Source: a bacterium (GTDB lineage: Bacteria > UBA8248). Taken from it: a stretch of DNA of 64,000 bases. Under the pieces are notes generated by a model. It was not told the origin of the DNA. It was given only the letters and a program-made list of their open reading frames with translations, and searched no databases. The stretch covers positions 672,001-736,000 of the forward strand of contig OZ241996.1 of the NCBI GenBank assembly GCA_965204535.1. The letters run 5' to 3'. Below, one piece after another: positions 1 to 10,231 of this stretch; within the stretch, counting starts at the first letter, position 1, and every line of letters begins with the position of its first letter. A program made the translations under genes and the position numbers.

Positions 1-2
1 AG

Positions 3-299
3 GTTCTGCCCCTGGCGGATGAGATGGACCTGGGCGTGATCGTCATGCGGCCATTCAGTCACCTGAAAAGCGGTTTGCTCGGGCCGGAAGGCTCCATCGC
101 CCGTATGCCGGAACTGAAAGCGCATCATGACGGGACGCCGGGGCAGGCGCTCCTGAAATACCTTCTTGCGGACGAGAGGGTCTCCAGCGTCATTCCCGCC
201 ACCGGCAGGGCGGGCCGCATGAGCGAGAACGCGGCGGCGTCGGGCGCAGGCGCGCTTTCCCCCGAAATCTGTTCGCGCTTAGAGGCGCTCGTAGGCTGA
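3..299 (+). CDS. Aldo/keto reductase, C-terminal part (5'-truncated by window edge)
   Basis: Open frame from position 3: VLPLADEMDLGVIVMRPF...TPGQALLKYLL...VSSVIPATGR...ENA, typical AKR C-terminal motifs. Confidence 0.75.
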   Translation, partial: VLPLADEMDLGVIVMRPFSHLKSGLLGPEGSIARMPELKAHHDGTPGQALLKYLLADERVSSVIPATGRAGRMSENAAASGAGALSPEICSRLEALVG

Positions 300-317
300 A
301 TCGATATTTATCGCGAG

Positions 318-771
318 TTGTTGAAAAAGTCCCCGTCGGGGGACATTGCCTTTAGAGGGGAGGTCGATTTCGCGCGAACCCCCTACCTCCCTCTTTGAAA
401 GCAACCCCCCCTACCCCCCCTTGTCAGGGGGCAAGAAAAAGCAAAGTCCCTCAACCCGGCGGGGGCGTATCGCCTTTTTATACCCCCCTCCGACAAGGGC
501 CTATTGAAAAACCCCTTTGAGGAGGGGGGGCGGAGGGAATCATGGTTTTGTAGGGGCCGCATACATGCGGCCCGTCGCAGGGCGGCGAAAAATCAGGGTC
601 GCATGTATGCGACCCCTACACACAAACAAATTTCCTCTCTCAGGGTTTTTCAACAGTCCCTCAAGAGGGGAGGGATTTTCCTCTCTGCTTGGTCGAGGGA
701 GACCACCGCCGGAATGACGAACAAAACCACACCCTCCCCAAGGGCCGGATTTCGGGTTATTCAACAACCCC
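318..771. repeat. Intergenic mosaic of palindromic repeats (GTAG-type REP pair, CCCCCCTACCCCCCTTGTCAGGGGG hairpins, TGTTGAAAAA/TTTTTCAACA-ended MITE at ~497-660)
   Basis: The same motifs recur at 20830-21670 and 25135-26960; overlapping ORFs are spurious. Confidence 0.85.
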
Positions 772-1383
772 CTATCGCCCGGATTTGCGAGTGAGACTCG
801 GGAGATATCGGTACGTCTGCTCGGCGTATTTCTCGTAAACGGCGCCGTGCAGGTTGCGAAGATGCGGCTCCTCGACGTGGCGCACCTGCAACTCGATGCC
901 CATCCAGGCCGTGGCGAGGTAAATCAGCATGTATATGTGCGGGAACAACACCAGCATGCCGATGCAGAACAGGAACACGCCGCTATAGATCGGGTTCCTG
1001 ACGAGGGAGTAGAGCCCATCCGTCACCAAATCGGTTTTCTCGACCTGGTCGACGCCGAACCTCCACGCGGTTCCCATCTGGTATTGCGCAATGACCATGA
1101 TCGTGATTCCGGCAAGCGAAATAGCTGCGCCGAGTGATCTTCCTGACTCGCCGGGATCGATTTGCGGATGAATCTCTCCGGTGGCGTCGAGCAAGGAGAG
1201 AACGAAAGTAGCTGAGAATGAGGCGAGCATAAGGATGCTCGTGTAGGTGGCGATTCTCGGAGCGGTTCGCTTCACCGTGCGTATGCCGAGATCTCCGGTG
1301 GCCAGGTAGTGAAGCGCGATTCTCCCGCCCACGGCGAACACCACGAAGACGAGATAGAGCGTCAGCGCATTGACGCCGATCAT
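772..1383 (-). CDS. Isoprenylcysteine carboxyl methyltransferase (ICMT/PEMT) family membrane protein
   Basis: Several TM helices; LVTDGLYSLVRNPIYSG and EE..L...G..Y..Y motifs. Confidence 0.85.
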   Translation of the reverse strand: MIGVNALTLYLVFVVFAVGGRIALHYLATGDLGIRTVKRTAPRIATYTSILMLASFSATFVLSLLDATGEIHPQIDPGESGRSLGAAISLAGITIMVIAQYQMGTAWRFGVDQVEKTDLVTDGLYSLVRNPIYSGVFLFCIGMLVLFPHIYMLIYLATAWMGIELQVRHVEEPHLRNLHGAVYEKYAEQTYRYLPSLTRKSGR

Positions 1384-1490
1384 ACAGGCTCCCGACTTTT
1401 TGCGGTCATTCCGTCAGGCGGAACACGAAGGACGGATGCTCCCACTCGTTTGGCTGACGCCTTCGAAGGGGAGCGCGAATCGCCGGGCGG

Positions 1491-1808
1491 TCAAGACGCC
1501 GTGGAGATGGCTCCGACCTCGTTATCCACGATGACGGGCGAGGTGAAGTATTCGATCTCAGGCTCTACGCCGAGGCGCTCGCGTATCCCGGCGCGCCAGG
1601 CGTCGTCGTAGAGCCGCTCGGCGTCTTCGCGCGACTCGAACAGATAGACCCCGCCGCCTGTGCGCACGTCGTCCGACACCAGATAGTATTTGCGTACCAG
1701 ACCCGGCACGTCACGGTAGAGAGGGGCCGAGTGCTCGAAGGCCGCGGCCATCTCCTCTTGGGTCTTTCCCTCGGGAAGCGTGAAGCGAACGATTGCGGTG
1801 ACTGCCAT
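1491..1808 (-). CDS. YdhR-like putative monooxygenase (dimeric alpha-beta barrel), paralog 2
   Basis: VPGLVRKYYL...TGGGVYLFESREDAE motif; AGGAGG RBS. Confidence 0.8.
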   Translation of the reverse strand: MAVTAIVRFTLPEGKTQEEMAAAFEHSAPLYRDVPGLVRKYYLVSDDVRTGGGVYLFESREDAERLYDDAWRAGIRERLGVEPEIEYFTSPVIVDNEVGAISTAS

Positions 1809-1820
1809 GAAGCGTCCTCC

Positions 1821-2135
1821 TTATGCCGTGGAAGCGGCCTTGGCTTCGTTGTCGACGATGACGGGCGAGTCGAAGTACTGGACGTCGGGCTCGACCCCCA
1901 TGCGCTCGCGCAGCCTGGCGCGCCAGACCTCGTCGTGGACCCGCTCGGCGTCTTCGCGCGACTCGAAGATATAGACCCCGCCGCCTGTCCGCCGGTCTTC
2001 GGACAGCAGATAGTATTTGCGCAAGAGGCCGGGTACGTCGCGGTAGAGAGCCGTCGAACTCTCGAAACCGGCAACCAGCTCCTCCTCGGTCTTTCCTTCG
2101 GGAAGCGCGAAATTGACAACTGCGGTAACGGCCAT
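1821..2135 (-). CDS. YdhR-like putative monooxygenase, paralog 1
   Basis: Near-duplicate of 1491-1808; AGGAGG RBS. Confidence 0.8.
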   Translation of the reverse strand: MAVTAVVNFALPEGKTEEELVAGFESSTALYRDVPGLLRKYYLLSEDRRTGGGVYIFESREDAERVHDEVWRARLRERMGVEPDVQYFDSPVIVDNEAKAASTA

Positions 2136-2284
2136 GAAAGGTCCTCCTTGTGTGGTGGATTCGCTTTGAATTATAGCATGAAACGGGAGATGGGATTTGC
2201 GTAGGTACCACGGGTTTTATCTGTCCGTCTTCGTTCTCTCTAGCTCAATTGGCACGCTCTGAGTTTTGTAGCGTTAAGAAGTGA

Positions 2285-2881
2285 TTAGTTCGACGTATTT
2301 GGATCTGTCGCAGCACGTCTGGAATCCAACTCAGAAATTCGGCTAAATTCAATTTCAAAGAACTCAACAATGTCCCATTTTCCGAAGGTAAGGTTTCTCT
2401 CCGGTAGTTTGTATTCCTTGCGAATACGCTGTGCGAGTTGGATTGCACGCACTCCCATTTTGACTGTATTTTCTGAGGCAGCATTGCGCACGCAATCAAT
2501 GTCAGCGATGACATCCCACCAAAATGCAGGCTCCCGGTCAGCCATTTGGCACCGTTGCGGAAAGTCAAGAATCGCTTCCAAGATTTCGGATTTCATGAGT
2601 GCATAGTCGAGACTGTCAGGAAATGACGGAGGTTGCGGTACATTGCTCATATATTTGCCAGCTTGACCGTCATGATCCATAGCCAGCTTGTGGTCACTTA
2701 GCTTCTCGCCACATTCAATCGCGTATCCTTCGAGGGAAAATACTATCCTAAGAGCCAAGTGGCGAATGCGATCTTTTCTGGAACGCCTGTGTCTCCAGTG
2801 TTCTAGTCCCAATGACACAAGAGCTACGCTAGCACCACTTGCCAGGATAGTAGGCAAATGAGTAGTAAGCGTATCCATCAT
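2285..2881 (-). CDS. Hypothetical protein with N-terminal TM helix (low-GC islet)
   Basis: 198-aa ORF in AT-richer DNA; hydrophobic N-terminus followed by a basic stretch. Confidence 0.65.
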   Translation of the reverse strand: MMDTLTTHLPTILASGASVALVSLGLEHWRHRRSRKDRIRHLALRIVFSLEGYAIECGEKLSDHKLAMDHDGQAGKYMSNVPQPPSFPDSLDYALMKSEILEAILDFPQRCQMADREPAFWWDVIADIDCVRNAASENTVKMGVRAIQLAQRIRKEYKLPERNLTFGKWDIVEFFEIEFSRISELDSRRAATDPNTSN

Positions 2882-3157
2882 GAGGTTTTATCTCCGTGCT
2901 AAAATTTCTGAAATTGTCGATGCCGGGATACATACCGCTCCATATCGCAAAGAATTCGGTCTGAATGATAGCATTAAACAGAGAAGAGAAAGCGTGGAAG
3001 AATGGTTAGTTATTTTCACGCCAATGAAAGCACTGCAGAAACTATAATTGAGAATTGTCCAGAAAGGTAATTACTGTCTCATGTAACATCATATTGCTGA
3101 GACCACAGTTAGCATTGCAATAGTATAGAAGAATCGGGCTTCAAGACAGGATTAAAT

Positions 3158-4303
3158 TTAGAATATGTTTGTCGAGTAGTCATCATCGTACACATCGTCA
3201 CTATAGTCGATATCTACAAAGTCGAAATCTACTGTGTCAATCGTTTCGGCCAATTCCAGGCCCGATAATGTAATTTCTATCGGAGCGGAGGAGAAATTTC
3301 CCTCGAATGAGAAAAGAACTGAAGCATCGAATTCCACCTCAGTTTCTGCATTTGTGCTACCGATTGGGAAGTAATCTTTGTCAATGGGATCCTTGGTCGA
3401 AAAGGTAAATTGGCACTCGGCTTTGGCTTGGATATTAACTCCAACTTGGGCAACGATTTTGCCATTCCCGATTTGCACTACTGTGAAATCGAACCCATCT
3501 TCAGATTTGATAAATTGAAAATCCTCAAGATATAGGAATACCCAGTCCGCTTCATAGCGGTATGCAGAACTTGCTTCAGGATAAACATTCATTTCGTTAA
3601 CTGCATCGCTCATGGCATTGGTAACTTGTTCGAGCAGAGCGGGTCGGTTGTCTTGACCCATATCCGATAACAACATAGCTATAATCTTCATAGCTTCTTC
3701 TGTGTGCTGTTGCAGTATCTGAAGAGCCTTTGCGAGATCTTCTTCAATATCGAGCCACTTTGAACTTTTCGCAAAATCGACCCATCCAGTATCCTTGGAA
3801 ATGGCCAATATCTTTTTTTGCTCTGATTCCGCGAACTTCTCCAAGGATAGAAGGGCGATGGCATCTGGAAATTCATTCTTTTTATTGCCTGATGTTTCGA
3901 AAGGGGCGGAAGGCTTAAAATAACGTAGAATAAGTTCCTTTACGTCAGCATTTTCTGCTGGTATCCATCTCATACCTGTCATGTCAGCAAATGTTTGAAG
4001 ACGTTGTTTCGCAGCATTATCAGCCGTGAGAGCCTTTTTGAATAAACCGTCTAACTGTTCTGAGATTTCTTGGGTGAACAAACCATTCTTGCGCGATTCC
4101 CGACTTGCTTTCTTGATCGCCTCTTGAGCTTTTTGGGCTTCAATCTTGAGGTATTTGTGAATTTCTCTGACAACAATTTCAGATAGTACGAATTCGACTG
4201 AGCCTTCCTTAAATTGTGTCAATTGCCCTAAAATACCCCCTTCAAGATTCCATCCCTTGTTCCGAAATATATTGGTGTCAAGGGTAATTGCGTCGTATTT
4301 CAT
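3158..4303 (-). CDS. PIN-domain protein (DUF4935/PIN_8-like)
   Basis: ITLDTNIF N-terminal motif, SEIVVREI, PF...KKNEFPDAIALLSL, ISKD.GW; AT-rich. Confidence 0.8.
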   Translation of the reverse strand: MKYDAITLDTNIFRNKGWNLEGGILGQLTQFKEGSVEFVLSEIVVREIHKYLKIEAQKAQEAIKKASRESRKNGLFTQEISEQLDGLFKKALTADNAAKQRLQTFADMTGMRWIPAENADVKELILRYFKPSAPFETSGNKKNEFPDAIALLSLEKFAESEQKKILAISKDTGWVDFAKSSKWLDIEEDLAKALQILQQHTEEAMKIIAMLLSDMGQDNRPALLEQVTNAMSDAVNEMNVYPEASSAYRYEADWVFLYLEDFQFIKSEDGFDFTVVQIGNGKIVAQVGVNIQAKAECQFTFSTKDPIDKDYFPIGSTNAETEVEFDASVLFSFEGNFSSAPIEITLSGLELAETIDTVDFDFVDIDYSDDVYDDDYSTNIF

Positions 4304-4396
4304 AATTTCGATTCTTCTTAATAATTACAATTCAAACTGCTATTAGTATCGAAAAATTCATTTAATATTTATTCTCAGTGTAACACCCTATTCAAC

Positions 4397-4798
4397 TCAC
4401 CCAACCGGATACATCCGCGTGACGCGCAGCCTCGCCACGAGGCGCTTCTCGTTCTTCATCGCTTGCAGGTATTCGTCGAGGTCGTCGGGGTCCTTTCCGG
4501 TGATGCGGCGGTAGAGATCGAGGTTTTTCGCGCCGTCTGGGTCCTCGACGAGTTCTGCCTCGCCCTCCGCGCAGAGATAGGGATAGAAGCTGTCCTGCGG
4601 CATCACGCAAAGCGTGGCCCTGGAGTCCCGCTTGAGATTCCTGGCCTTCACGCGGTTCCACGTCATGGATATCTCGGCGACGCCGTCTTGGTAATCGAAC
4701 ACGATGGGCGTGGGGTGCGATCTGCCGTCCGCGAGCAGGGTGCTCAGGACGCCGTAATGCTGCTCGTTCAGGAAGGCCAGCGCCTCGTCATGCGTCAT
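4397..4798 (-). CDS. PPOX-class (F420/FMN-binding split barrel) oxidoreductase
   Basis: GVLSTLLADGRSHPTPI...KARNLKRDSRATLCV, Rv1155-like. Confidence 0.85.
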   Translation of the reverse strand: MTHDEALAFLNEQHYGVLSTLLADGRSHPTPIVFDYQDGVAEISMTWNRVKARNLKRDSRATLCVMPQDSFYPYLCAEGEAELVEDPDGAKNLDLYRRITGKDPDDLDEYLQAMKNEKRLVARLRVTRMYPVG

Positions 4799-4809
4799 GG
4801 AGGTTCTCC

Positions 4810-5613
4810 TTATGAGTCCGAATCAATCACCGCCTCGACGAAATCATCGAACGCGGCGCAAAAGGCCCCGGGCGCATCCTGCATCGGGAAATGCCCGCAG
4901 GCGGGGATTATGGTTTTCACGCAATTCGCGATTCGCTCTTCGAACATCTCCCCATACGCCATCGCCCCGGCGTCTCCCTCGCCCACGCAGACCCAGGTGG
5001 GGACGTGGATTTCTTCCAGGCGCTCCCTCATGTCCGGCGTGTCGAGGATGGCGTCCACCGCCGCGGCGTAATCCTCAGGGGTGTTCTTGAGAAAGCGCTT
5101 CCTGAATTCTTCCGCGCTCGCTCCGTCGACGTAGTCCCGTGGCAGCGTCGCCCGCATTCCCTCGCTTGCCAGGGCCGCCTCGATTCCCTCATCGAGCGCG
5201 AGTTGCCGGAGAAGTTCGAAGCGTCCCCTCATTTCTCCTTCAGGCGCTGCGGCGGATGAGGCGACGAGCATCAGGCTGTCGACCCTCTCCGGGTGCTCGA
5301 GAGCGAACAACAGGGCGGTCCGTCCGCCCATGCTGTGTCCCATGAGGTGGACCCTGTCGAGTCCCCAGAAGTTGAGGAGCGCGAGCAGGTCCTCGGCCAG
5401 GGTTTCGATACCAAATGGGCCGAGGCGCTTGCTCGATCCCCCGTGGCCCCGATGGTCGTATGCAAAGGCCTGAAAGCGGCCTGCGAGCGCATCCATCACC
5501 GGCTCCCAGGTGTATATGGAATTGACGAATCCGTGCATCGCGACCAGGGGCGCGCCGCTTCCTTTCACGGTGTATGTGAGGTTCACGCCGTTCACCGTCG
5601 CCACCGGCATCAT
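4810..5613 (-). CDS. Alpha/beta hydrolase (enol-lactonase-like)
   Basis: HGF, DHRGHG.S, GHSMGG nucleophile elbow, C-terminal GHF. Confidence 0.9.
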   Translation of the reverse strand: MMPVATVNGVNLTYTVKGSGAPLVAMHGFVNSIYTWEPVMDALAGRFQAFAYDHRGHGGSSKRLGPFGIETLAEDLLALLNFWGLDRVHLMGHSMGGRTALLFALEHPERVDSLMLVASSAAAPEGEMRGRFELLRQLALDEGIEAALASEGMRATLPRDYVDGASAEEFRKRFLKNTPEDYAAAVDAILDTPDMRERLEEIHVPTWVCVGEGDAGAMAYGEMFEERIANCVKTIIPACGHFPMQDAPGAFCAAFDDFVEAVIDSDS

Positions 5614-5730
5614 CCGCTCCTCCGGTTGAGAGAAATACGCCTTTCGCCTTTGCCGAGTCGCTAGAATACCCTATTATGCGGTTTTTCGCAGAATGGCTCA
5701 TCCGCTCGGCTCATTGACGGGAATTCGCGC

Positions 5731-6420
5731 ATGGACGGGAAAAGTGTGGCGGTCGTCCTCCTGAGCGGCGGCATGGATTCCGCCGTCGTACTGGCCATCG
5801 CGAAAGGGGAGGGATTCGCCTGCGAGGCGCTCAGTTTCGATTATGGGCAAAGGCACCGCTGCGAACTGGAGGCTGCCCGAAAAGTGGCGAAACAAATCGG
5901 CGCGTCCGGCCACACCGTCTTGTCCATCGACATGCGTCCCATCGGCGGCAGCGCGCTCACGGACGACATCGAAGTGCCCAAAGAGCGCGATGACATCGGG
6001 GAGGGCATACCGGTAACGTACGTTCCTGCGCGAAACACCATCTTTCTGAGCTATGCGCTCGCCCTGGCCGAGGTGAAGGGCGCGAGCGACATCTTCATCG
6101 GGGTGAACGCGCTCGATTATTCGGGGTATCCCGACTGCCGTCCGGAATACATAAACGCCTATGCGCAAATGGCGCGCCTGGCGACGAAATCGGGCGTTGG
6201 GGGCGCGCCTCTCGATATTCATACGCCTTTGAGCGCGATGCGAAAGTCCGACATTGCGCGAAAGGGTCTGGAACTGGGGGTGGATTTTTCTCTCACCCAT
6301 ACCTGTTACGATCCACTGGATGACGGGCGGCCCTGCGGGTTGTGCGACGCCTGCATCCTGAGGCGCAAGGGGTTCGAGGAAATCGGGGAGCGCGACCCGC
6401 TCCCTTATCCCGCTGCTTGA
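5731..6420 (+). CDS. queC: 7-cyano-7-deazaguanine synthase
   Basis: [28 protein letters not shown]-terminal Zn-binding cysteines (TCY...CGLCDAC). Confidence 0.97.
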   Translation: MDGKSVAVVLLSGGMDSAVVLAIAKGEGFACEALSFDYGQRHRCELEAARKVAKQIGASGHTVLSIDMRPIGGSALTDDIEVPKERDDIGEGIPVTYVPARNTIFLSYALALAEVKGASDIFIGVNALDYSGYPDCRPEYINAYAQMARLATKSGVGGAPLDIHTPLSAMRKSDIARKGLELGVDFSLTHTCYDPLDDGRPCGLCDACILRRKGFEEIGERDPLPYPAA

Positions 6421-6434
6421 TGTACGGAGGAATC

Positions 6435-8102
6435 GTGGAAGAGATACGAACGGACGTGTTGGTCGTCGGCGGAGGGCTGGCCGGAACCTTGGCCGCTCTG
6501 GCCGCGCGAGAAGAGGGGGCGGACGTCTGCATCGCCATGAAGGGCGAGGCCGGCCTGACGGGCAATTCCGCGCGCGCGGGCGGCGTTTTCGCAACGGTAT
6601 TGGAGGGCTTCTCCCCGCCGGAAGATTCCGTGGAAACCATGGTGGCGGATAATTTCCGCAGCGGATGGTTCATGTCCGACCCCGCGCTGGTGCGGGCGGT
6701 CGCAGCCGAGTCGGGCGCGGCCATAGAGCGCCTGCGTGATTACGTGGTTCCCTTCCTGGAGAAAAACGGCCGGATGACGCCCACGAAACTCCCCGGCCAC
6801 ACCTATCCCCGGGGAGCGCGCGTGCCGGGCGGCGGCCCCCGGATGATGATGATTCTCGGTGCCCGGCTCGCGCAGAGTGGCGCGCGCGTTCTGGAGGGTC
6901 TCTCTTTCATTGGAATGCTGCGTGACGGCGGGGGCAGGGTCGTGGGAACTGATTTTCAGGGAGAGGGGGACTCAAGCCTGCTTCGGGTGCACGCTCGCGC
7001 CACGGTTCTCGCGATGGGCGGCTTGGGGGGGATGTACCCCATCACCACGAACGCGCCGGGCGTCGCCGGCGTCGGCTACGGGGCGGCGCTCGACGCCGGG
7101 GCGCGGCTCAGGGACATGGAGTTCGTGCAATTCACGCCGACGGCGATGGCCCATCCGCCGCAGCTCAGGGGCAGAAACTCGGGCGGCATGGCGCTTTCCT
7201 TCCCTGAAGTGCGGTTGCGGAACACCCTGAACGAGCGGTTCATGGCCCGCTATGCGCCCGATGACATGGAACACGCCAAGCGCGACGTTCTCTCCCGCGC
7301 GATGCACCGCGAAATCGTCGAGGGGCGCGGAACTGAAAACGGCGGCCTGTATCTCGATTTGACCAAGGCGCCCTATGACGGGCTGAGAGACGTGATGGGC
7401 GAGATCCTCGATGATTTCGAGGCGGCGGGTCTCGACGTGCGAAAAGAGCCGATAGAAATCGCTCCCGCCGCACACTCGTGCATGGGCGGCGTCATCATCG
7501 ACACGAACGGGAAGACGGACGTGGAAGGCCTCTTCGCCGCCGGTGAGAACGGCGGCGGCCTGCACGGGGCGAATCGTCTGGCGAGCGGGGGCCTCACCGT
7601 CTGCGCCGTCATGGGCGACCGGGCGGGTCGGGCCGCCGCTCATGTGGAAGGAGAGGGCGGGCCGCCCGAGAAGAATGAAAGGGATGCGCGAGGCGCAGAG
7701 CAAACGAGTGAAAATCAACTCGATGAAATTGAAGAAAATATCCGAGACGCCATGTTCTCCGCAGGAGGCATCGAGCGGACTTCGGAGGCGCTGCAGGATG
7801 GACTGGAGAGAATCGCCGCTCAACGAGAAAGCATAAAAGCGCTGACGCCCGCAGGTTCGCTCGTCTCGCGCCATGCGCAGACGAGGCTCATGTGCCTGAC
7901 GGCGGAGGCGATGCTGGGCGCGATGCTCATGCGCGCTGAAAGCCGGGGGGCGCATACGAGGTCTGATTTCCCCGAGCGGGACGATGAGAACTGGCTGGCG
8001 AATATCCACGTTTCGCTGGGGGCTGATGGAACGGCGGCGCACGAGAAGGCTCCCATAGCGGATGAGTTGCGCGAGGCGTCGGCGATACATGCGAGCCCCT
8101 GA
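6435..8102 (+). CDS. FAD-dependent oxidoreductase, succinate dehydrogenase/fumarate reductase/L-aspartate oxidase flavoprotein family
   Basis: GGGLAG, DMEFVQF.PT, AH..MGG, GLHGANRL, ESRGAH.R.DFPE; GTG start at 6435 after GGAGG. Confidence 0.9.
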   Translation: MEEIRTDVLVVGGGLAGTLAALAAREEGADVCIAMKGEAGLTGNSARAGGVFATVLEGFSPPEDSVETMVADNFRSGWFMSDPALVRAVAAESGAAIERLRDYVVPFLEKNGRMTPTKLPGHTYPRGARVPGGGPRMMMILGARLAQSGARVLEGLSFIGMLRDGGGRVVGTDFQGEGDSSLLRVHARATVLAMGGLGGMYPITTNAPGVAGVGYGAALDAGARLRDMEFVQFTPTAMAHPPQLRGRNSGGMALSFPEVRLRNTLNERFMARYAPDDMEHAKRDVLSRAMHREIVEGRGTENGGLYLDLTKAPYDGLRDVMGEILDDFEAAGLDVRKEPIEIAPAAHSCMGGVIIDTNGKTDVEGLFAAGENGGGLHGANRLASGGLTVCAVMGDRAGRAAAHVEGEGGPPEKNERDARGAEQTSENQLDEIEENIRDAMFSAGGIERTSEALQDGLERIAAQRESIKALTPAGSLVSRHAQTRLMCLTAEAMLGAMLMRAESRGAHTRSDFPERDDENWLANIHVSLGADGTAAHEKAPIADELREASAIHASP

Positions 8103-8215
8103 GAGATGCGAGAGCAGTTGCGGTTTGAAGTTGACACCATCATAGGCGCTGGAGGATAACCAAGGAATACACACTTACTTTCGACAAGAATTCTTCTCGA
8201 GAATCTGGAGGAGTT

Positions 8216-9400
8216 ATGCAATATCCTTTTACCGAAGAACAATTGGCGCTGGCCGACCTGACCCGGGATTTCATGGAGCGCGAAGTCGCGCCCGTCGCCG
8301 CGGAGATGGACCGACGGCCCGACCCCAAGGATTGCTATCCGGGCGAGCTTCTGAACAAGGCGTCGCATCTTGGCCTCCGCACCATGGCGGTCCCGGAGGA
8401 GCATGGCGGCATCGGGGCCGACACGACGACCAAGGCCCTTTGCCTCTGGACGGGCGCGCAAATCGAGATCGGCGTCATCAAGTGCCTGAGCCAGTGCTGG
8501 AAGGTGTCGAACGCGATCTTCAAATGCGGTTCGGAAGCGGTGCTTGAAAAGTGGGGCAAGATGTTCGTGGAAGACCACGATTGCGTCGGCTCGTTCGTGA
8601 TAACCGAGCCGGATTACGGCTCGGACAACATCTACCGGCAGAGCGACCCCGCGCTGGGCCTCAAGACTTCTGCGGTCCGGGACGGCGATTATTTCGTGCT
8701 CAACGGGGCGAAACGCTTCACGTCGCTGACGAGTTGGGCGAAGATTCTGCTGGTCTTCGCGAGAACGGACCCCGATGTTCCGCTTCATCAGGGAACCACC
8801 TGCTTCCTCGTGCACGGAGACCAGGAGGGCGTCACCTACGGCAACGTGCACGACAAGCTCGGCTACAGGCTGTATCCCAACGCCGAGAGCTACTACGACA
8901 ACGTGCGCGTCCACAAGGACGACATCCTGGGCGAGGTCGACAAGGGCTTCCAGACGTTCGCCACGGTGTTCCGGGGCAGCGCGGAGCTTCCGGCGTGCAA
9001 CACGGGCATCGCGCGCGGCATCTACAACTTCTGCCTCCAGCACGCGAAAGAGCGCATCCAGGGCGGCAAGCCCATCATCGAGCACCAGACGATTCAGCAC
9101 ATGCTCGCCGAGATGCTGATGAATATCGAGGTGGCCGAGCAGTTCATGTGGCGCATCTGCTGGGGCGTGGAGAACGACGAGAGCTACAACACGCGCTTCA
9201 CGCGGTACGGAAAGGTGTTCAGCGATCAGGTGGCGCTCAAGACGATAGCCTTCGCCACGGACATTCTCGGCGGCATCGGCATCATGAAGGAGACGCCGAC
9301 GGAGAAGATGATGCGCGACCTCCTCACCTTCCTGCACGGCGACGGGACGGACTCGATGACGCTGCTGCGCGCCGCCCAGACGCTGGACGAGCCTGCATAA
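8216..9400 (+). CDS. Acyl-CoA dehydrogenase family protein
   Basis: TEPD.GSD, LNGAKRF, KLG.R, R.Q.GKPI..HQ.IQ, LGG.G. Confidence 0.92.
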   Translation: MQYPFTEEQLALADLTRDFMEREVAPVAAEMDRRPDPKDCYPGELLNKASHLGLRTMAVPEEHGGIGADTTTKALCLWTGAQIEIGVIKCLSQCWKVSNAIFKCGSEAVLEKWGKMFVEDHDCVGSFVITEPDYGSDNIYRQSDPALGLKTSAVRDGDYFVLNGAKRFTSLTSWAKILLVFARTDPDVPLHQGTTCFLVHGDQEGVTYGNVHDKLGYRLYPNAESYYDNVRVHKDDILGEVDKGFQTFATVFRGSAELPACNTGIARGIYNFCLQHAKERIQGGKPIIEHQTIQHMLAEMLMNIEVAEQFMWRICWGVENDESYNTRFTRYGKVFSDQVALKTIAFATDILGGIGIMKETPTEKMMRDLLTFLHGDGTDSMTLLRAAQTLDEPA

Positions 9401-9444
9401 GGGCGTCGCGAGGCTCTCATTCTCCGAATTGGGGGAGGAAAACG

Positions 9445-10218
9445 ATGGATTTGATGCTCACCGGCAAGGTGGCGATGATCTCTGGCGGAAGCCGGGGGCT
9501 CGGCTTCCACATCGCGAAGGATCTGGTGGGAGAGGGCTGCCACGTGGCGATCAGCGCGCGGGGCGAGGAGCGTCTGAACCAGGCGGTCGATGAGCTGAAC
9601 GCGCTGGGCGGCGGGCGCGCGGCGGGTTTGGTTGGCGACGTGACCCAGGAGGGCGTGCCCGATGCTTTTCTGCGCAAGACGCTCGATGCGTTCGGCGGCG
9701 TCGACATCCTCGTCAACAACGTCGGCGGCAGCAATCCCAAGGCGTTTCTCGACATCACGGATGCGGAGTGGCGCGAAGGGTTCGGCTTCAACCTCTATCA
9801 TGCGGTGACGCTCTCGCGCCTCGCGATACCGGAGATGAAAAAAAGAGGCGGCGGCTCCATCCTGAACGTCGCCTCTATCTACGGACGCGAGTCGAAGGGC
9901 GCGATGACCTACAACGCCTCCAAGGCGGCGCTCATCAGCTTCTCCAAGGGGCTCGCCCAGCAGACGGCGCAAGACAACATTCGCGTGAACTCGATTGCGC
10001 CGGGCAGCATTCTCTTCCCGGGCGGGGTGTGGGAGCGGCGGATAGACGAGGCGCCCGATGGCCTGAAGGGCTTCATTGATGCGGAAATGCCGCTGGGCCG
10101 GTTCGGCCGCCCCGAGGAACTCTCCGCCGTGGCCGTCTTCATGGTCAGCCCGAGAGCGAGCCTCGTGCACGGGGCCTGCTGGAACGTGGACGGCTCGCAG
10201 AGCCGCTCGAATATCTAA
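9445..10218 (+). CDS. Short-chain dehydrogenase/reductase (SDR)
   Basis: ATG at 9445 after GGAGG; SGGSRGLG, NN.G, YNASK; the 5' extension in the ORF track is a shadow frame. Confidence 0.92.
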   Translation: MDLMLTGKVAMISGGSRGLGFHIAKDLVGEGCHVAISARGEERLNQAVDELNALGGGRAAGLVGDVTQEGVPDAFLRKTLDAFGGVDILVNNVGGSNPKAFLDITDAEWREGFGFNLYHAVTLSRLAIPEMKKRGGGSILNVASIYGRESKGAMTYNASKAALISFSKGLAQQTAQDNIRVNSIAPGSILFPGGVWERRIDEAPDGLKGFIDAEMPLGRFGRPEELSAVAVFMVSPRASLVHGACWNVDGSQSRSNI

Positions 10219-10231
10219 ATTCTGCCGAGAT

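Noticed and set aside
5614-5730. preQ1 riboswitch upstream of queC
   Set aside because: No recognisable preQ1 stem plus A-rich tail; the region looks like a short divergent promoter
8551-9444. 555-aa extended SDR ORF
   Set aside because: The 5' part is a shadow frame overlapping the acyl-CoA dehydrogenase; the real start is 9445
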